From: Rhodosorus marinus CCMP1338
Taxonomy: Eukaryota; Plantae; Rhodophyta
Reading direction: 5' to 3'
Length of the DNA stretch: 64,000 nt
NCBI GenBank assembly: GCA_029953675.1
Contig: JAMWBK010000004.1
Span: 1,736,001 to 1,800,000, forward strand
The notes under the pieces were generated by a model, which was given only the letters and a program-made list of their open reading frames with translations, searched no databases and was not told the origin of the DNA. The stretch's first letter is position 1; each line of letters begins with the position of its first letter. Both the position numbers and the translations under genes were made by a program. Shown here in pieces: positions 34,711-48,948 of the stretch.

Positions 34711-35775
34711 TGAGTAAGTACCCACACGCACCTCCTGACGCCCGGCCCCCCGGGGGGTTTGCCCAGGTGGACCGTTTGGTTATGGATGCAGATCTGCTCC
34801 CCCAATTTTGTTTGTTCGGAACGTTGGGTGGGACAGAAGAGGACGGCCCGCACGGAGGTATGCATTGATAGTTCAGTAGATCGGCGTCCCAAACAGAAAA
34901 AGAAATTCGTTTTGCTCTTCGAAACTTGACTAAGAAAAAATGGGACTACGAAGAAAAAGCTTTCCATGCTCTTGTTCAAATAAAATACCTGGCAAGCAGT
35001 CTTTATCAGACAAGACCACGCTTGCCAACAAAACAGGGAATCGGACCCTCTCCGTAGAACTAACCACTCATCCCTTTCAATCCATTTGAATATTTAAAAT
35101 TTTACAAAGGGCGTTTCAAACAAATGTTTTCAGTTCATTTTACCAAGTTTGATTGAGCAAAAAGAATGGATTTCACTGTTTCGTTTTTTGAATATTTATA
35201 CATTCTATATTGAAGAAACGCAAATTCCTATTTTTCTCCTTTTATTCCATATGCTTTTATCCAATTAAAAGCTATCATAGTATGTATTGAATAATTTATA
35301 TTTGTTTTCTAAAACTGATTAAGGGTTTTTGGTAATTTAATAAAAATATCCGGCGGTCAGCAAGACGAAGCGTAAAATATTTTTGTTTTCAGTATACAAA
35401 ATATATGACTAACCGTAAATTATTAACATATTTATTTTTATATATACTAAACAATTTTTGATGTCCAATTGAAATCTACAAAGTTTCCGACTTGAATCGT
35501 TTTAAAGTTTCCTCGGATTTGGTTTTGTATTTATTTTGGACTGCTCAGCAAGAAAATGGAATGGCTGCTTATCGATGTAATTGTTTTAATTTTGTTTTAA
35601 TTTTTTTTTTGTCTAAGCGGACGGACGGTGACATTGCGTTTGGATTGGGATTAGGTTCAGTCAGAGAATGGGAAGGGGGGACCTGTAGTACTGTGGCATT
35701 CGAAGGCTTTCTGTTTAGGTATTCTGGCACTGATAAAACGTTCTTGTAGGTTGGAATATATTTATTTTTCTGTAG

Positions 35776-37017
<1,242 letters not shown>

Positions 37018-37302
37018 CACTCTTTTTAACCACAACAAACTTGTAAAATACAACCGCTTTTCTTTTTTTGTTCTCGTCTTGTTGCGTCTTTTGTCTGTTA
37101 GATTCTCTTTCAATGGGGCTCTTGAGTACGCCTCGGTTGCACGCTCGACGGTTTTCGAGGCGTATGGCCCTTCCCTCAGCCGGAACGCTTGTCTTGCTGC
37201 GGTCTGTCCTCGGCGGGAAAGGTTGAAAGGGCCCTGTGACCCCGTACTCCTTGCCAACAATCAGCAGTCCCATGATCAAACCCTGTTATTGTCGCTAGTT
37301 AC

Positions 37303-38418
37303 TTAATCTCTTTCGCTGATGGCCGTCAAGTGTGCTTCGACTTCAGCTTCTGAAAGAACGGTGAACCTTGGCTTTGCAGTTGTTACCATAGAGACCTCTA
37401 CCTCAGATGGCTTAAAGTCCGCCGCGAGCACTGTCTGCAGCGCGAGAATCGCAGTCTGGATCGTCTCATTATCATCCAACTCCGTCTCCGCATTCTTCAG
37501 TTTCTTCTCCAGAAAATTCATCGCCTCTTGGTCCTTCTGACCAGCGGCACAAGCTCGGAATCCAACGTAGTACCCAGCTGGATCACATCTGAAAAGTTGT
37601 GGGCCTTTCTCCTCATCTACACCAAAAATAATCATCACTGTGCCAAAAAAAAAAAGAAAGGTCTCGTCAAGCTACTGAAGATTAAACCCCAGGAGGTATT
37701 CTCGTGTCCAAAGTTCCCCGCAAAGAACACCGAGAGTCCTGCGAAAGCGGTTGCTCTACTGACAAACTTACCGACACCGAGTGGCCGAATGTACGCATGC
37801 TGGGTATATACTTGGTTTCTATCTGCAACCTGCTTCGCTAGGTATTCAACGGGGATCTCGTAACTATGATCAAACTTGAACTCTGCTGCCTCTTTTCTAG
37901 TCTGGTCAACCTGAAGTTTCGCGTCCACTACACAATCAGGATAGGGAGGGGGACGACGACAAGATAGAAAACAGTCAGGATCGGTTAGTCAGAATTGTTT
38001 CCACATGTTCTGCTCAGAATGTTTCGGGGATTTTGACGATCGCGTACTCAATGAACCCGTGGTTACGCAACCATGATTGTCAGCCAGTCGGAACATATGC
38101 GAAACCGATGTAGGATCCACGAGCTTATCAGATACCTGAGGACGAAAAAGAAAAACGGCAATCCGTCATCCCAAGTCAGACGCTCATCCAAACAACAAGT
38201 AGACCCACCACCAAAAACACCCGCGATCCCTCGCACGTGTGAGCAGTTCTCACCTTCTTCTGGGTAATCGCACATACGCAATCCTTCCCGCGAACGGCGA
38301 TCGAGGTAATCCCAGTAGACTTCACCGCCTTAAACGCATATTCGACTTGGTACAACCTTCCCTCAGGCGAAAAGATCGTAATATGCCGATCATAACCGGC
38401 ACTACTCCCACGACTCAT
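37303..38418 (-). CDS. PSMA6: 20S proteasome subunit alpha1 (PSMA6); 4 exons
   Basis: [33 protein letters not shown] small exon at about 38133-38047 reads [17 protein letters not shown], followed by [11 protein letters not shown] and [15 protein letters not shown]. Confidence 0.97.
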
Positions 38419-39648
38419 CCTAAACAACTCCCTTCAGACTCACAACCCGATCCCCCACCCCCCACCCCTCCCACCTCCTCCAAAACACTCCCGTATCCAC
38501 CAATCTCAACAGATCTTCTGGATCGCTCAGTTGCCAATCTTAAAAATCAACTATGAAACCGAAGAAAAGCAATTGGTCTCCCTTCCCTCTTCAGCAACGC
38601 CTCCTCCTCCCCCTCACTCCCTCAGAAAAAGCTCCTACCTCTCCATCCTCCCCAATCGATCCCGTCACCAAAATACTCATTGATGTCAAAACAAACTCCA
38701 GTATACCCCCCATATCACAAAACATCAACAACACCATCCCAAACTACGAATCATTGACAGCCCCCTAACTCATTCTATCAACAAAAACTTTCACTTTTCG
38801 CACACCCCTAACCTGCTATTTCGTAGTGCACGCTAATACAAATACTTAAACTTTTAACTCACTTGTATTGTTTCGAACTAGTCTGGCTATATGAGGTTCA
38901 GACGCTTTGGATCTTTTTTGTCTTGTTCTACCCGTAAAGTTAATGCTTCAGTAAATATCTCAAAGGAGTCAGATACGAGGGGTAAGGTTGATACTCTGTT
39001 TTCCGAACGATTTTTCCTCTTTTTGCACCCGACAGCACTTTGGTGGATATTGATTGATTCAGTCATTTAATTGGATTTTGGATTGATTGCAACATTTGGG
39101 GTTTTTTCGCATCAGGAGGGTGAGGCTAATGTGAGGAGAATTGGTTCTGGTTCTGAAAAGATCTTTGGTTGTATGCGTAGGCTGGCAGATCTTTCATCAC
39201 CACGTGTGTTCCTCTTGTGGATCTGTTGGGTTCCGTTGGTCTTCTCTTGCTACTGCATGGTATCGCAAGAAAGAACAAACGGATCTATGATCTGGGGGAT
39301 CTTGGTCCGGCGCGGTTCTACCTGGGCTTTTAGGACCATACCTTGAGATGTGTTTGTATTCACTGGCGCTGATGCTTGGTCGGTAGTGTAGTGGCAGCAG
39401 CGTTCATTCTAAACGGGAGCTTTGTGCAATTTGTTCGTTTTAACATAGATATTATCACTCACCAGCAATTCAAAGCAGATCCGTGGTATCTCTTGTCTAG
39501 AACATAGTACGCACATACTTCGGGAACTCGTTCATATTTGATTGCTCGTTCCCGCAGTCACTTCTGCATTCCAGCCCGATTTTCACATTTTGGCTTGTCA
39601 TTTAGCGAGGGTTTGAGCACCTGGCTTCCCTCCCCGCTCTGAGATTGT

Positions 39649-40794
39649 CTAGATTTGTGCAAGCTTGCACAGGCTCGTCTTGGAGGTAGCGGAGAAACGA
39701 CCCTCGCACTTTAAAATGAAACAAAACATGTTCAAAACATACTTGGTCAAATGTCGTCGTGAGTTCTGCCCTTTCCGAGCTCCTCCAGAAACCACTGCCG
39801 AGATACAATCCAGTACACACGAGCACAAGGTTAGCCTCAAGAAGAGCAGGTGCGAAATCCGCCTGGTGCTGCTGCTAGTGCCTACCTTAACCTTATTATT
39901 TCGAATAATATTCTCATTCCGGAATTTGACCTGACACGCGCGCTTGAAACCGTCAAAGGCTACAAACTGAAATGGTCTGTTGAACTTTCTGCAGTCGTAG
40001 TCACAGTACTCATTATCGTCCACGATAGCAGCCTGGCGAGCGACGGATAACAGGTTTCGAGCTCCGTCGACAGTTTCCCTGAGCTCAATCTCGTACATAA
40101 CTATAGATTTCTTCATGAGGGGATACCGAGGTTGGTACGTGGGAGCCTGCAGAGATATTGTGAGAAGCTCCTCGTCCAGGTGGTAAGAGCCAATATTTGG
40201 CAGAAGCTTCTGAGCGTCTTGGGGCCCCTTCGGAGTCCAATTCTTCGACATTCTCGATACAGCCTTCTCAGGCCTGTCCGGTGTTATTAGCACGGTACAA
40301 GTTCCATCCGCGTAAAATCTGAAATAGCGGTAGTAAACCATCAACGATGAACCCCTATAGAATATATTTCTGAGAATGTACAAGCCATCGTATCGAACCC
40401 TCGGGCGCTTGAGAAACATATGTCTCCAGGAGCCATACTTTCTATCCAGCAGAATCCCAAGGTTTTCTCTCGCAGTCTGCTTTGGCCATGTCATGAGGCA
40501 GATTCTCCTCCAGAGGTGCGGCTGGTAAGCCACCGTCATCCATTCCCGACAAACCATAGAAGCCTTCGAGAGCTGCGCAGCGTCCAGCTTCAAAAACACC
40601 CTTTCCAGAATTTCGATTTGCAACTGAGGAAGATCATCTTTCTCACTCTCAGATCCCTCTGCTTCCTCCCCCACTCCTTCCACATCATCTTCCAAAACCT
40701 CCTCCTCAGCCAACCTCAAATTCTGATAGTACAACTCCAACCATGGCCTATCACTACGGCGGTAAACCCCACCATACCCAGCTGTAGCTAGCAT
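39649..40794 (-). CDS. FBXO9: F-box protein, FBXO9/Hrt3/SKIP32-like (3' end uncertain, possible unrecognised intron near 39880)
   Basis: F-box LPQLQIEILERVF..L...SMVCREW, followed by YGSWRHMFLKRPRVRYDGLYI and VYYRYFRFYADG. Confidence 0.8.
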   Translation of the reverse strand: MLATAGYGGVYRRSDRPWLELYYQNLRLAEEEVLEDDVEGVGEEAEGSESEKDDLPQLQIEILERVFLKLDAAQLSKASMVCREWMTVAYQPHLWRRICLMTWPKQTARENLGILLDRKYGSWRHMFLKRPRVRYDGLYILRNIFYRGSSLMVYYRYFRFYADGTCTVLITPDRPEKAVSRMSKNWTPKGPQDAQKLLPNIGSYHLDEELLTISLQAPTYQPRYPLMKKSIVMYEIELRETVDGARNLLSVARQAAIVDDNEYCDYDCRKFNRPFQFVAFDGFKRACQVKFRNENIIRNNKVKVGTSSSTRRISHLLFLRLTLCSCVLDCISAVVSGGARKGQNSRRHLTKYVLNMFCFILKCEGRFSATSKTSLCKLAQI

Positions 40795-41418
40795 AACTTC
40801 CCACTAAATAATAAAGCCTACAATTACAACAATGACTAGCAAAAACCAGCAACACAAACAGAAATAATAATCTGGCTCTCAGCACCTCTTCTTCTCCTCT
40901 CACCCACCCTGCTCCCCCTCACCCCCTTCTCCCCCATCAGCACACCCCTCAAATACCTCCTTAACGGCATAATGAAACATTGGAATTGGGATTCGGAGAC
41001 AAGGAAATACTCAAAAAAAGGAAAACAAATTGAGCTCGGACATCCAAAGAAACATTGGCCTTGGATTTGGCCCGAAGCTAATAATTAACAGAAAACAAGC
41101 ACTTAGCAGAAATCCGAAGAGAAACATTCGCCAATAGTAATTTTCTTGTGGCCCTGGTCGAAAGGCGTCAACTGTTCGAGTTTCCTCCCGTCCCCAAAAA
41201 AGGAATTAATGGGGGCGAAAGTATCCAGATATTTTTGACTTTTTAATAAAATACGGCCAGTAATCAATTTGATTCTTTAGTGATTGCTTTTTGTGCGTTC
41301 ACCTTCTTTAATTGAAGGATATAGCATGATTTTAGGAATTTCCTTTTTAGATTTAGATCTACCATTATTAGTACGGTGTTTGTAAATGAGTTTGTAGTGT
41401 CAGCTAGTTAATCGTCCT

Positions 41419-44337
41419 TCATTGCTGCGAGATCGTCTGGAAGCTTGTTTCTTGCTCCTGAACACTGGTAGTTTGGTTGTTTGTATCTCTTGATTCGTTT
41501 GCCGTCAAAGTTTGGCGTGGGGGGACGTAACGTGCTTCCCATAGTAGGTTGTCGATGTAGTCGACAACCTGTTTTCTGATGACCTTGGCCTGATCGTAGT
41601 CCAAGAAAGCGGATGACCCGATCGTGTTCGCGAGGAACAGATAGGCGTCAAGCAACGCGCAGTGGCCCTCAGCACGATGTAGGGTAACGATAGTTCTTCC
41701 AAACAGCGCAAGCTCGTCGGGGATCCTGCCGTTTTCGTACAAGCGGACATAGCCGCGCTGGCTGTATTCTGAAATCATTCTGTGGTTTTCAGCATAGTAA
41801 GCATTACAAGACACGCTTTTCAGCAGCGGGTTCTCGGCTAAAGCCAAATGCGGGCCAGCCTAGCCGTTGCTCACCTTGCCAAATTCTTGAGCAGAAGCTC
41901 ATTTGCAAAGTTCACTGGGGTCATTAAGAAGTAGAATTTCTCCTTCATTGATAACGATTTGTGCTGCGGTGGCAAAAAGATTCACAGAAAAAAGAAAAAA
42001 CATAAGCGAACCCGGGATTGCCCAGCAAAGGCGGAATAGATTGGTCAGATAAGGTGCATGAGAAAAAGAATTCTAAACTCACCTCCTCCATCATGTCCGC
42101 TATGATCATGAAGTCATTCATCTTTGGACTGCACAAGCGGAAATTCTTCTCGACCCTGTGGACTGCGATGAACTTGTCCAGCAAAACCGCTAGCGACATG
42201 CTGTTGGGATAGTGACTCGCAAAGTCCTCCATCTACGCAACGTTGAACATGACAAAAAATCCCTTCAGAATCAAACGTATTCTCCTGCGCTCGGCAAAGA
42301 GAGCAAACCTGCTCGAATGTCGGCACAATTCCAGCCTTTTCAAGCGGAACCGGCGGCTCCGCCATAGCTTGGAGAAAATAGTCCATATCCTCAGCTTCCA
42401 GGCAAGTAGCTTCTCCATTCGCATACTCTGTCCCATCTCGTCCGGCGCGCCTTAGTTCCATAACCACAGTAGCATGTTGGATATCAGCAACGACAGTCCC
42501 TTTCGCGCTGTCAGTCAGTACCTGACACGTTGCATATGCGTGCCATCCTTACCCGGCAATTTGACGCACATGCGGTGCTGATACCTTCTGCATTCCAACA
42601 TCCCGACTTTTCTTAACCAGCGCTGTAAGGTTTGAGAGTGGGTGGAAAAGTATTTTGGAGCAAAAATTAGCATACTAGGAAGAGGCAAGCTTCGTTGATC
42701 TGGCTACGTTCTGTTGCGCGTACTTGAAAATATGATTCTTCCAATGTTGAGGTTAAGGCCCATTCCGATGGCATCGGTAGCAACGAGGACGTCAAAGGCT
42801 CCGTCGGGGTCGTTAAACAACTTTGCTTGCCGAGCACGCGTTTCTGGAGGGAGACTTCCGTAAATTACGCAACATTTCAAACTGGTCATTCGCTCGATGT
42901 CATGTTTCAGACGGAACAGGTCTTGTCGGCGAAACGCAATCAGAGCGTCTCCCCTCTTCAGGTTGGTTAGTTTTCCTTCAAGACTTTCTCCCTTTACGGT
43001 GAGAGGGGTCCGCCTGACATAGGCTGGTGTCACATAGCGATCCGCAAGGAGCGTTTAGAAGAGTGTCTTGACCCCGGGCACCTGACTCACTTCGGTGCTT
43101 TGGGAACACTCACTATGGTCCTCAAATTCGTCCCCGCATATATCCGCCAATTGTTTGACTAGCTCTATTGCAAGCGAGGAATAATGTTCAGTTATCTGGG
43201 TCACGCAAAACGCTTCCCTACTGGCAACATCTAAACGGAAGTTCCCTTAACAAAACCTACCCAAGGCAGTACCATCCCCACAAACATGAATTTCTTTCGC
43301 GTTCGCGCCTAGCAGGACTCTGGTCCATGAACTACCACGGTCAGCGTCTCCAATCAGTTGGATCTCATCAATCACGACAACCTCATACTCCTCGGTGACA
43401 CTCATCATCTCTACTGTACATGAAGTGTGGGTGGCAAACGGCACTTCCTTGATTTCTTGTCCAGTCAGAAGGCTCGCATAGACACCAGCGCGATTTAGTC
43501 TCTCAAAGCATTCCAACGCTAGCAGTCGGAGAGGTCCAGCATATACCCCATTCTTGCTTTTCTTTAGAGCTTCCATCGCCGTGTACGTCTTACCACTGTT
43601 GGTCGGTCCATGATGATAAATAATCTACGTTTTAAGAGAAGGAACGACTGAGAAACATGAAGACATACTCTGGAGAAGAGTGCTACAAGGGCTCATAGTA
43701 CTAATGGCCAAGGAGAAACTCGGAGCTGCGCGGGGCGGGGTGTCGTAAGCCACATAGACTCTGGGTGGAGGGCTGTCGCTGAGATCCACTTGGGTCGGAC
43801 TATGCAGGCTTTCCCGAGCTTTCTCACCTTTCTTTTCTTGGTTCTCGCTTCCGGATAAAGCTGGTGAGGTAGTCTAAGATCAGCAACGAACTTGTTTCTG
43901 ACGGATTCCTCGAACGAAGTCTTGAAGAAGATACGAGCATGGCGCACCATGCCATCGAAGAACACTTCATCGTGCTTGGTGTGGGGATCCTCTAGCATCT
44001 GCTCAACATCAGACAGGTGAAGCCGACCCACGCGCCTCAGAACTCTGGAGTCAATACCCAACAAATCTCTTCGAAACAAATTAAAAGACGCCTTCGCCAG
44101 CGAATCGCCTAGCTCCTCTTCAACTCGGTCATAATTCCTCTTAAAAAAATCCACCAGCTTCTCATCCAGCAGAGCTCTCTTTGACGCGGTTATCACTGGC
44201 CCCTTGAAGCTCTCCAGCCTCAGATTCTCGACCAGGCTAGAACCTGGCGCACTACTCAAATGTCGGAACAACAATCCCAGCCTTCTACCCCGACCGGCTT
44301 CTAATCGCCCTTTAAAGGAGCGGTAGAAGCGGTTCAT
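41419..44337 (-). CDS. SUPV3L1: Mitochondrial ATP-dependent RNA helicase SUV3; multi-exon
   Basis: HGPTNSGKTY, VYAGPLRLLA, VIDEIQLIGDADRG, EIHVCGD, CCVIYGSLPPETR and LVATDAIGMGLNLNIGRIIFS. The Arg-rich N-terminus (MNRFYRSFKGR...RHLSS) looks like a mitochondrial presequence. Confidence 0.95.
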
Positions 44338-45224
44338 TCTTTCTGCGAAATCTGTCTAACAAAATAAACTCCAGGAACGAAAACCTTCACCCTTGTCCAT
44401 TCCTGAACCCGTGACCATCAAACGGCTAAAAGCCTTACCAAAAGATTAGCCCACTCGGTCACGATGCCTACTTAAGACATCCGTTAGGTAACAATCCACA
44501 CTGTGCTATCCCATTTAGCATAAAGCCCGCCGTTACAATTTTCGGTCAAAGCTAGATCTGAATGGCATGACATCCTCATGGGCGAGATCCCACCCCAAGA
44601 CAAACACGTAATTGTATTCAGTCAACGTGACACTGGTTGAAAGGCCACACCTCGAAGTGATGTCGATTGAGGTACGTATGTTCAGTTCTGCTCTTGTTCA
44701 AATTGGCTCGGAACGTTACGATATATGTCAAGGCGAAGACGACATGCCGGAGCGCAATATTCATCTGATGGACTGTGTAGTAGCAACGTAGACCACTCAG
44801 TTTCACGGGTATGTGGTTGCGTACGGGATGGTGGCGTCATGCTTTTCAGTGCTTGTTGAAAATGGGTCGTTGAAGCTTCTGCGGGGTAACGTGGACGCTA
44901 GAGCTTCGGATCTTGCATCAGCTGTGCCCAAGCTGGTTTGGGATGGCAGTTGTCCTGCAGTGTGCAGGGTATGATTGAATCCAAGGCTGCATCGAAGTAC
45001 TGGGAGCGTTCCTCTATGTGATTCACATGCTGCGCGATTATGTAAAGGCGGTAGCTCATCTAGCATTGAGCGAGGGACAGGGGGGGATTGTATCCTTCAC
45101 TCCTCCCTCTGTCTCAGTTTGAGTGAAACAAAGTTTCCAGCCCGCTACGAAGTTGATCGAGTGACTCAGTTAACCTCTTGTTAATTTACTTGTCGAGTTG
45201 TTCCATGTATCCGCAGTCTTAGCG

Positions 45225-48200
45225 TTAAGCCTCCACTTCCATTGCTTCTCCGGCAAGATCTACCGACGTCCGAATTAGGCGGTGTACGATATCCTCCTCG
45301 CCTAGTCCGAGATCGGAAAATACTCCGCGGCTCATCATCGCAGCGGCTTCCTGTTGCCCAAGGGCGACATTGACTGCAGCTGAAAAGAACGCAGTCTCAC
45401 GTATAAGACGTGAGAGCCGCTCGTCGCTCACTCCACCGCGCTTGGCTTCTGCTACGATTGGCTTCCATATATCGCCTTGGTTGGACATGCACCGCGACCA
45501 TACATAGTCATGCAATTCGGTACTTTGCTGCGGATCCAGCTCTGACTTCTTAGATATCTGCTTCGGCGGACGATACTGGAGAAGTCAGTAGCTGTTCCCG
45601 TCACTGATTAAGCAAGACTTCATGCTAGCTACTCACCTCAAGGGCAATGACGACGGCTATGCACAAGTCTTGACTGTTTCTGTGTTCAGGGTCCACGTAC
45701 AGTCGAACGAGGTCTGCCACTGGGAGCACAGAAGACTCCTCTGGTGCAACATCCTCCTGAGCTCGAATAAGATAAAGGGAACGCTCGAGTGCACCTTCCA
45801 TTTCCGAGGAGCTTCGGCCTGTCTCATCTACTAGGTTTGCCAACTTCGCGAATGAAAGAAGCGTTTTGCTTTGCTGAACGGAGTTTTCAGCCGCTTTCAT
45901 TCTTAGTTTTGCCGCATGGGCGAGAGCGGTTTCTGCAGATCCAGCGTAGTCCTCAACAGCAAGCAGATACAACCACCTAAGATTGCTCTTGTCTCCCTCG
46001 GTGAAGAACTGCGCTTGGAGTTGGCCCAGCGCTCCCGTGCGGGGCTCGATCAGGATCCTCGGTTTACCGTTCCGCTCCATCCACATGAACGCGAATCGTA
46101 CAAACTCGTCACCATAATAACCCGCCCATCTCTGCAAGTGGCTGTCAAAATCATCCCGGTCGCATGTCAGTTCCATCATCAGGGCAAAATCCTTGAATTT
46201 TGCAGCGAGTTCGAGCGCCTTCACCGGTTCGTACAGTCTGATCCGGTTCAACCATTTGGACCGTTGGGACTCAAATACATTTGAGTTGATACCCTCTCGT
46301 ACTTGAATGGCCTCCAACATGACGTCAATGAGGATTGCACTTGATGAGTGAAGAGCACCCCTCAGCAATACAGCAGTACCGTCGCCAATTTTGAGGGATC
46401 TATCCAGAAGGGATTGAGCAACAGCAATAATCCGTTCTGTGCAAGGCCATCCACCTCTGTCCTCGACGTTTACCTGGGCCTGGTCAAGAATTTCATTTCG
46501 AGCCCTTAGTCCAGCCCCCATCGCAGAGAAACAACCTCCTAGCGCCATAAGTGCTGCTTCCCCAACCGACGTCATATCAATAGTATCATCAGGCAAGCCC
46601 TCGAAACTGGTGCTCGCTACCTCTTCGAAGACCTCTTGAAGAGACGGGAGAAACCGTTCAAACCTCGAAACTTCCTGGTACACGTCTGTCTTATCCTTCG
46701 CTCGTCGAATAGACTCTGTAATGATCATCGACGTGGAGTTCATTATATCTTCGTTTGACTGAGAATTCTCCATGGTTCGAATCATCACCGCGGCGCTTAG
46801 ACGACCCGCGTTTCCCACTACAATTGATCTAGACGATTGATCCAAGATATCCCAAAGACGTATTTTCATCACTCGCTCGTCTCCAAGCATATTTAGCAGT
46901 TGCGAATGCTTCGTCTGCTTTTCAGATAGTGTGTGATTTACAAGCAGCGAGGACGGGGCCAGATCCTCGTCGCGGGAGCCCCCGTTGACGATTCTGTTGC
47001 TAGTACCCGCAATTGCTGAAGATGCATCCGTGGAGGCAGCCCCTCCGCGCGCCTCAAAATCAGCTGCGACTGGTTCAAGTGTTACTCTAGTCGCGCCCGA
47101 TTGGTTATTCGCATACTGGAGGAATGCTCGCCAAACAGTGTCAACAACGTTTAAATGGCTCTCGCTTTTCGTGGAAAGCGATTTTTGAGTTGTCTTCCTT
47201 CCGGAAGCTGAATCCGAATCCGAGGCTAAGCTCGAGTCCAGGTTTTCTCCGGCCTTCCCGGATTTTTTCGAAGATGGCCTTGTGCTTTTGGTGAGTGATG
47301 TTATGGACGGCGCTGGAACACCCGCACATGCAATTGTGTATCGCTCACGGAAGAGGATTGCAACAGCCCCACCTTGCAGATCGTCTCCATAAGCATCCAG
47401 CACGCAGCCGATCTCTTGTCCGTCCGGGACAACAAAGCTTACTTCACCGCAAATTTGATCCGCTTCCTGGACTCCCTCAGAAATCGACACGAATGCTGCT
47501 ACACCTTCACCACCAAACACGACGTAGGCGACACCAGAGGATACTACAAGCTCAACAGATTCCAACGCTCCATGCACATCATCGTCTTTGCCCCAGGTCT
47601 GCAACTCAACTGCATGCTCAACTGTAGGGGAACTGGATGTCACTCTATTTGTTACAATGTACAGTCTAGCTGGTGAACCAGCCGTGGAATACGCGACTAG
47701 AGAACACATTCGACCATCTCCAACAGCTTTGCAGCTCACTACTTCGTAATAAATATCCGTCGATCTATCGTTCCCTGCGATGATTTCCCAGGCGGCCATT
47801 GCTACATTCCACTCCCAGACCAACTTTCGTGCTTTCCAGGAGAGTTCCTTCACTTTCCATAGTTGAACATCCCCGCTTGCTCGAACGGAGAAGGCCATAT
47901 CCTCGCTGGCTTCCGACGAGTAGACAATGGGACCCAAACTGGATGACTTTGGAGCACTCGTGAAGATCGATGAGTAAATACGGCCCGCTGTGCCTTCCGA
48001 TCCACTTGGAGACGCAAGCCTTTCCCATTTCAAACCCATCGAAGAAATCTGCACTGTGCCCACCCCACCACCGCTTTCAAAAACTACAAGAGTATCATAT
48101 CCGAGCGTACAAATTCGTTCAACACCTTCACAGCCTTGAATCCTTAGGTCCATCTGTCTGCCCCTATTCCTCCGCACCCGCACTAGACCCTCGATGGTAC

Positions 48201-48426
48201 ATACAGCCACGTACTCCTTCCCAATTGCAACATGCACCTTCTCAGCACGGGGGAGAGTAAAGGAATCCTCAACATTGCCATTCTCCAGATTGAACAAAAA
48301 TCCGCTTCCCGATGCCGCAAGTAGGCACTTTTTCCCTTTAGACTCCGCCGTGAGACCCCATCCACTGACCGCAACAGCATCCTCAACCGGTACCGCATAA
48401 CTGCGGAGTACGCCAACTCCTTCCAT
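45225..48426 (-). CDS. NUP133: Nucleoporin Nup133; large exon 48426-~45630 plus a terminal exon
   Basis: A beta-propeller-like N-half, then helical motifs matching Nup133 in order: LSEKQTKHSQLL, AGRLSAAVMIR, YQEVSRF, LELAAKFKDFALM, FAFMWMERNGK, LRWLY, KTLLSFAKLA and VWSRC. Confidence 0.85.
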
Positions 48427-48689
48427 CGTGCCGGCAGCCCGAAGAGAACCAAGTGGTTCTATGAAAATGTTTCTCCTCTATTCTCCGGGGCCTTCCCTTG
48501 AAACCATCACACCACAATACTAGTTCTGGTGCAATACAGATCAAATCTTGCTCCTACGATACAACACCACTGGTTCCTTTAACCCACCGCAGCTCTTCCC
48601 TCCCCCCCACCAAACCCAAAACGCCCACGCCAATTTCTGGCTACTAGCACTTTTCAGCAAGCGAGGTTGATGGGAAACGTTTTTATTCT

Positions 48690-48948
48690 GAATTGGCACG
48701 GAGCGGAACATTGGCGTTCTGCATTGACCCGGAGCGGAACATTGGCATTCTGCATTGGCCCGGAGCGAAACGTTGGCATTCGGCGCTGGCCCGGAGCAGG
48801 ACATTGGCACTCGGACATTGGCATTCGGCATTGGCCGACAGCGGAACATTGGCATTCGGCATTGGCCAGGAGCGGAACATTGGCATTCGGGACTGGCCTG
48901 GAGCGGAACATTGGCATTCGGCGTTGGCCTGGAACGGGACATTGGCCT
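48690..48948. repeat. GC-rich minisatellite, 31-bp unit (CCGGAGCGGAACATTGGCATTCGGCATTGGC), about 8 copies
   Basis: Head-to-tail copies with no unique spacers. It contains 12 ATTGG (CCAAT on the minus strand). The overlapping short ORFs in the track are repeat artefacts. Confidence 0.95.

Noticed and set aside
34733-34770. C6G6 palindrome as a Helitron 3' hairpin
   Set aside because: No CTRR terminus at the expected distance on either strand, and no Rep/helicase remnants.
34990-35060. Hairpin TGGCAAGC...GCTTGCCA followed by ACAAAA (H/ACA snoRNA-like; also resembles the U1 5' end)
   Set aside because: The internal loop (1x3) is too small for a pseudouridylation pocket, there is no convincing second hairpin with an ACA tail, and the U1 ACTTACCTG motif is not matched.
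39375-39440. tRNA-like GGTAGTGTAGTGG
   Set aside because: No cloverleaf or T-arm follows.
44600-45100. Possible small gene between SUV3 and NUP133
   Set aside because: Only short frames with no recognisable motif or consistent splice model.
48690-48948. CRISPR array (31-bp repeats)
   Set aside because: Units are head-to-tail with no unique spacers, there are no cas genes, and the context is eukaryotic.
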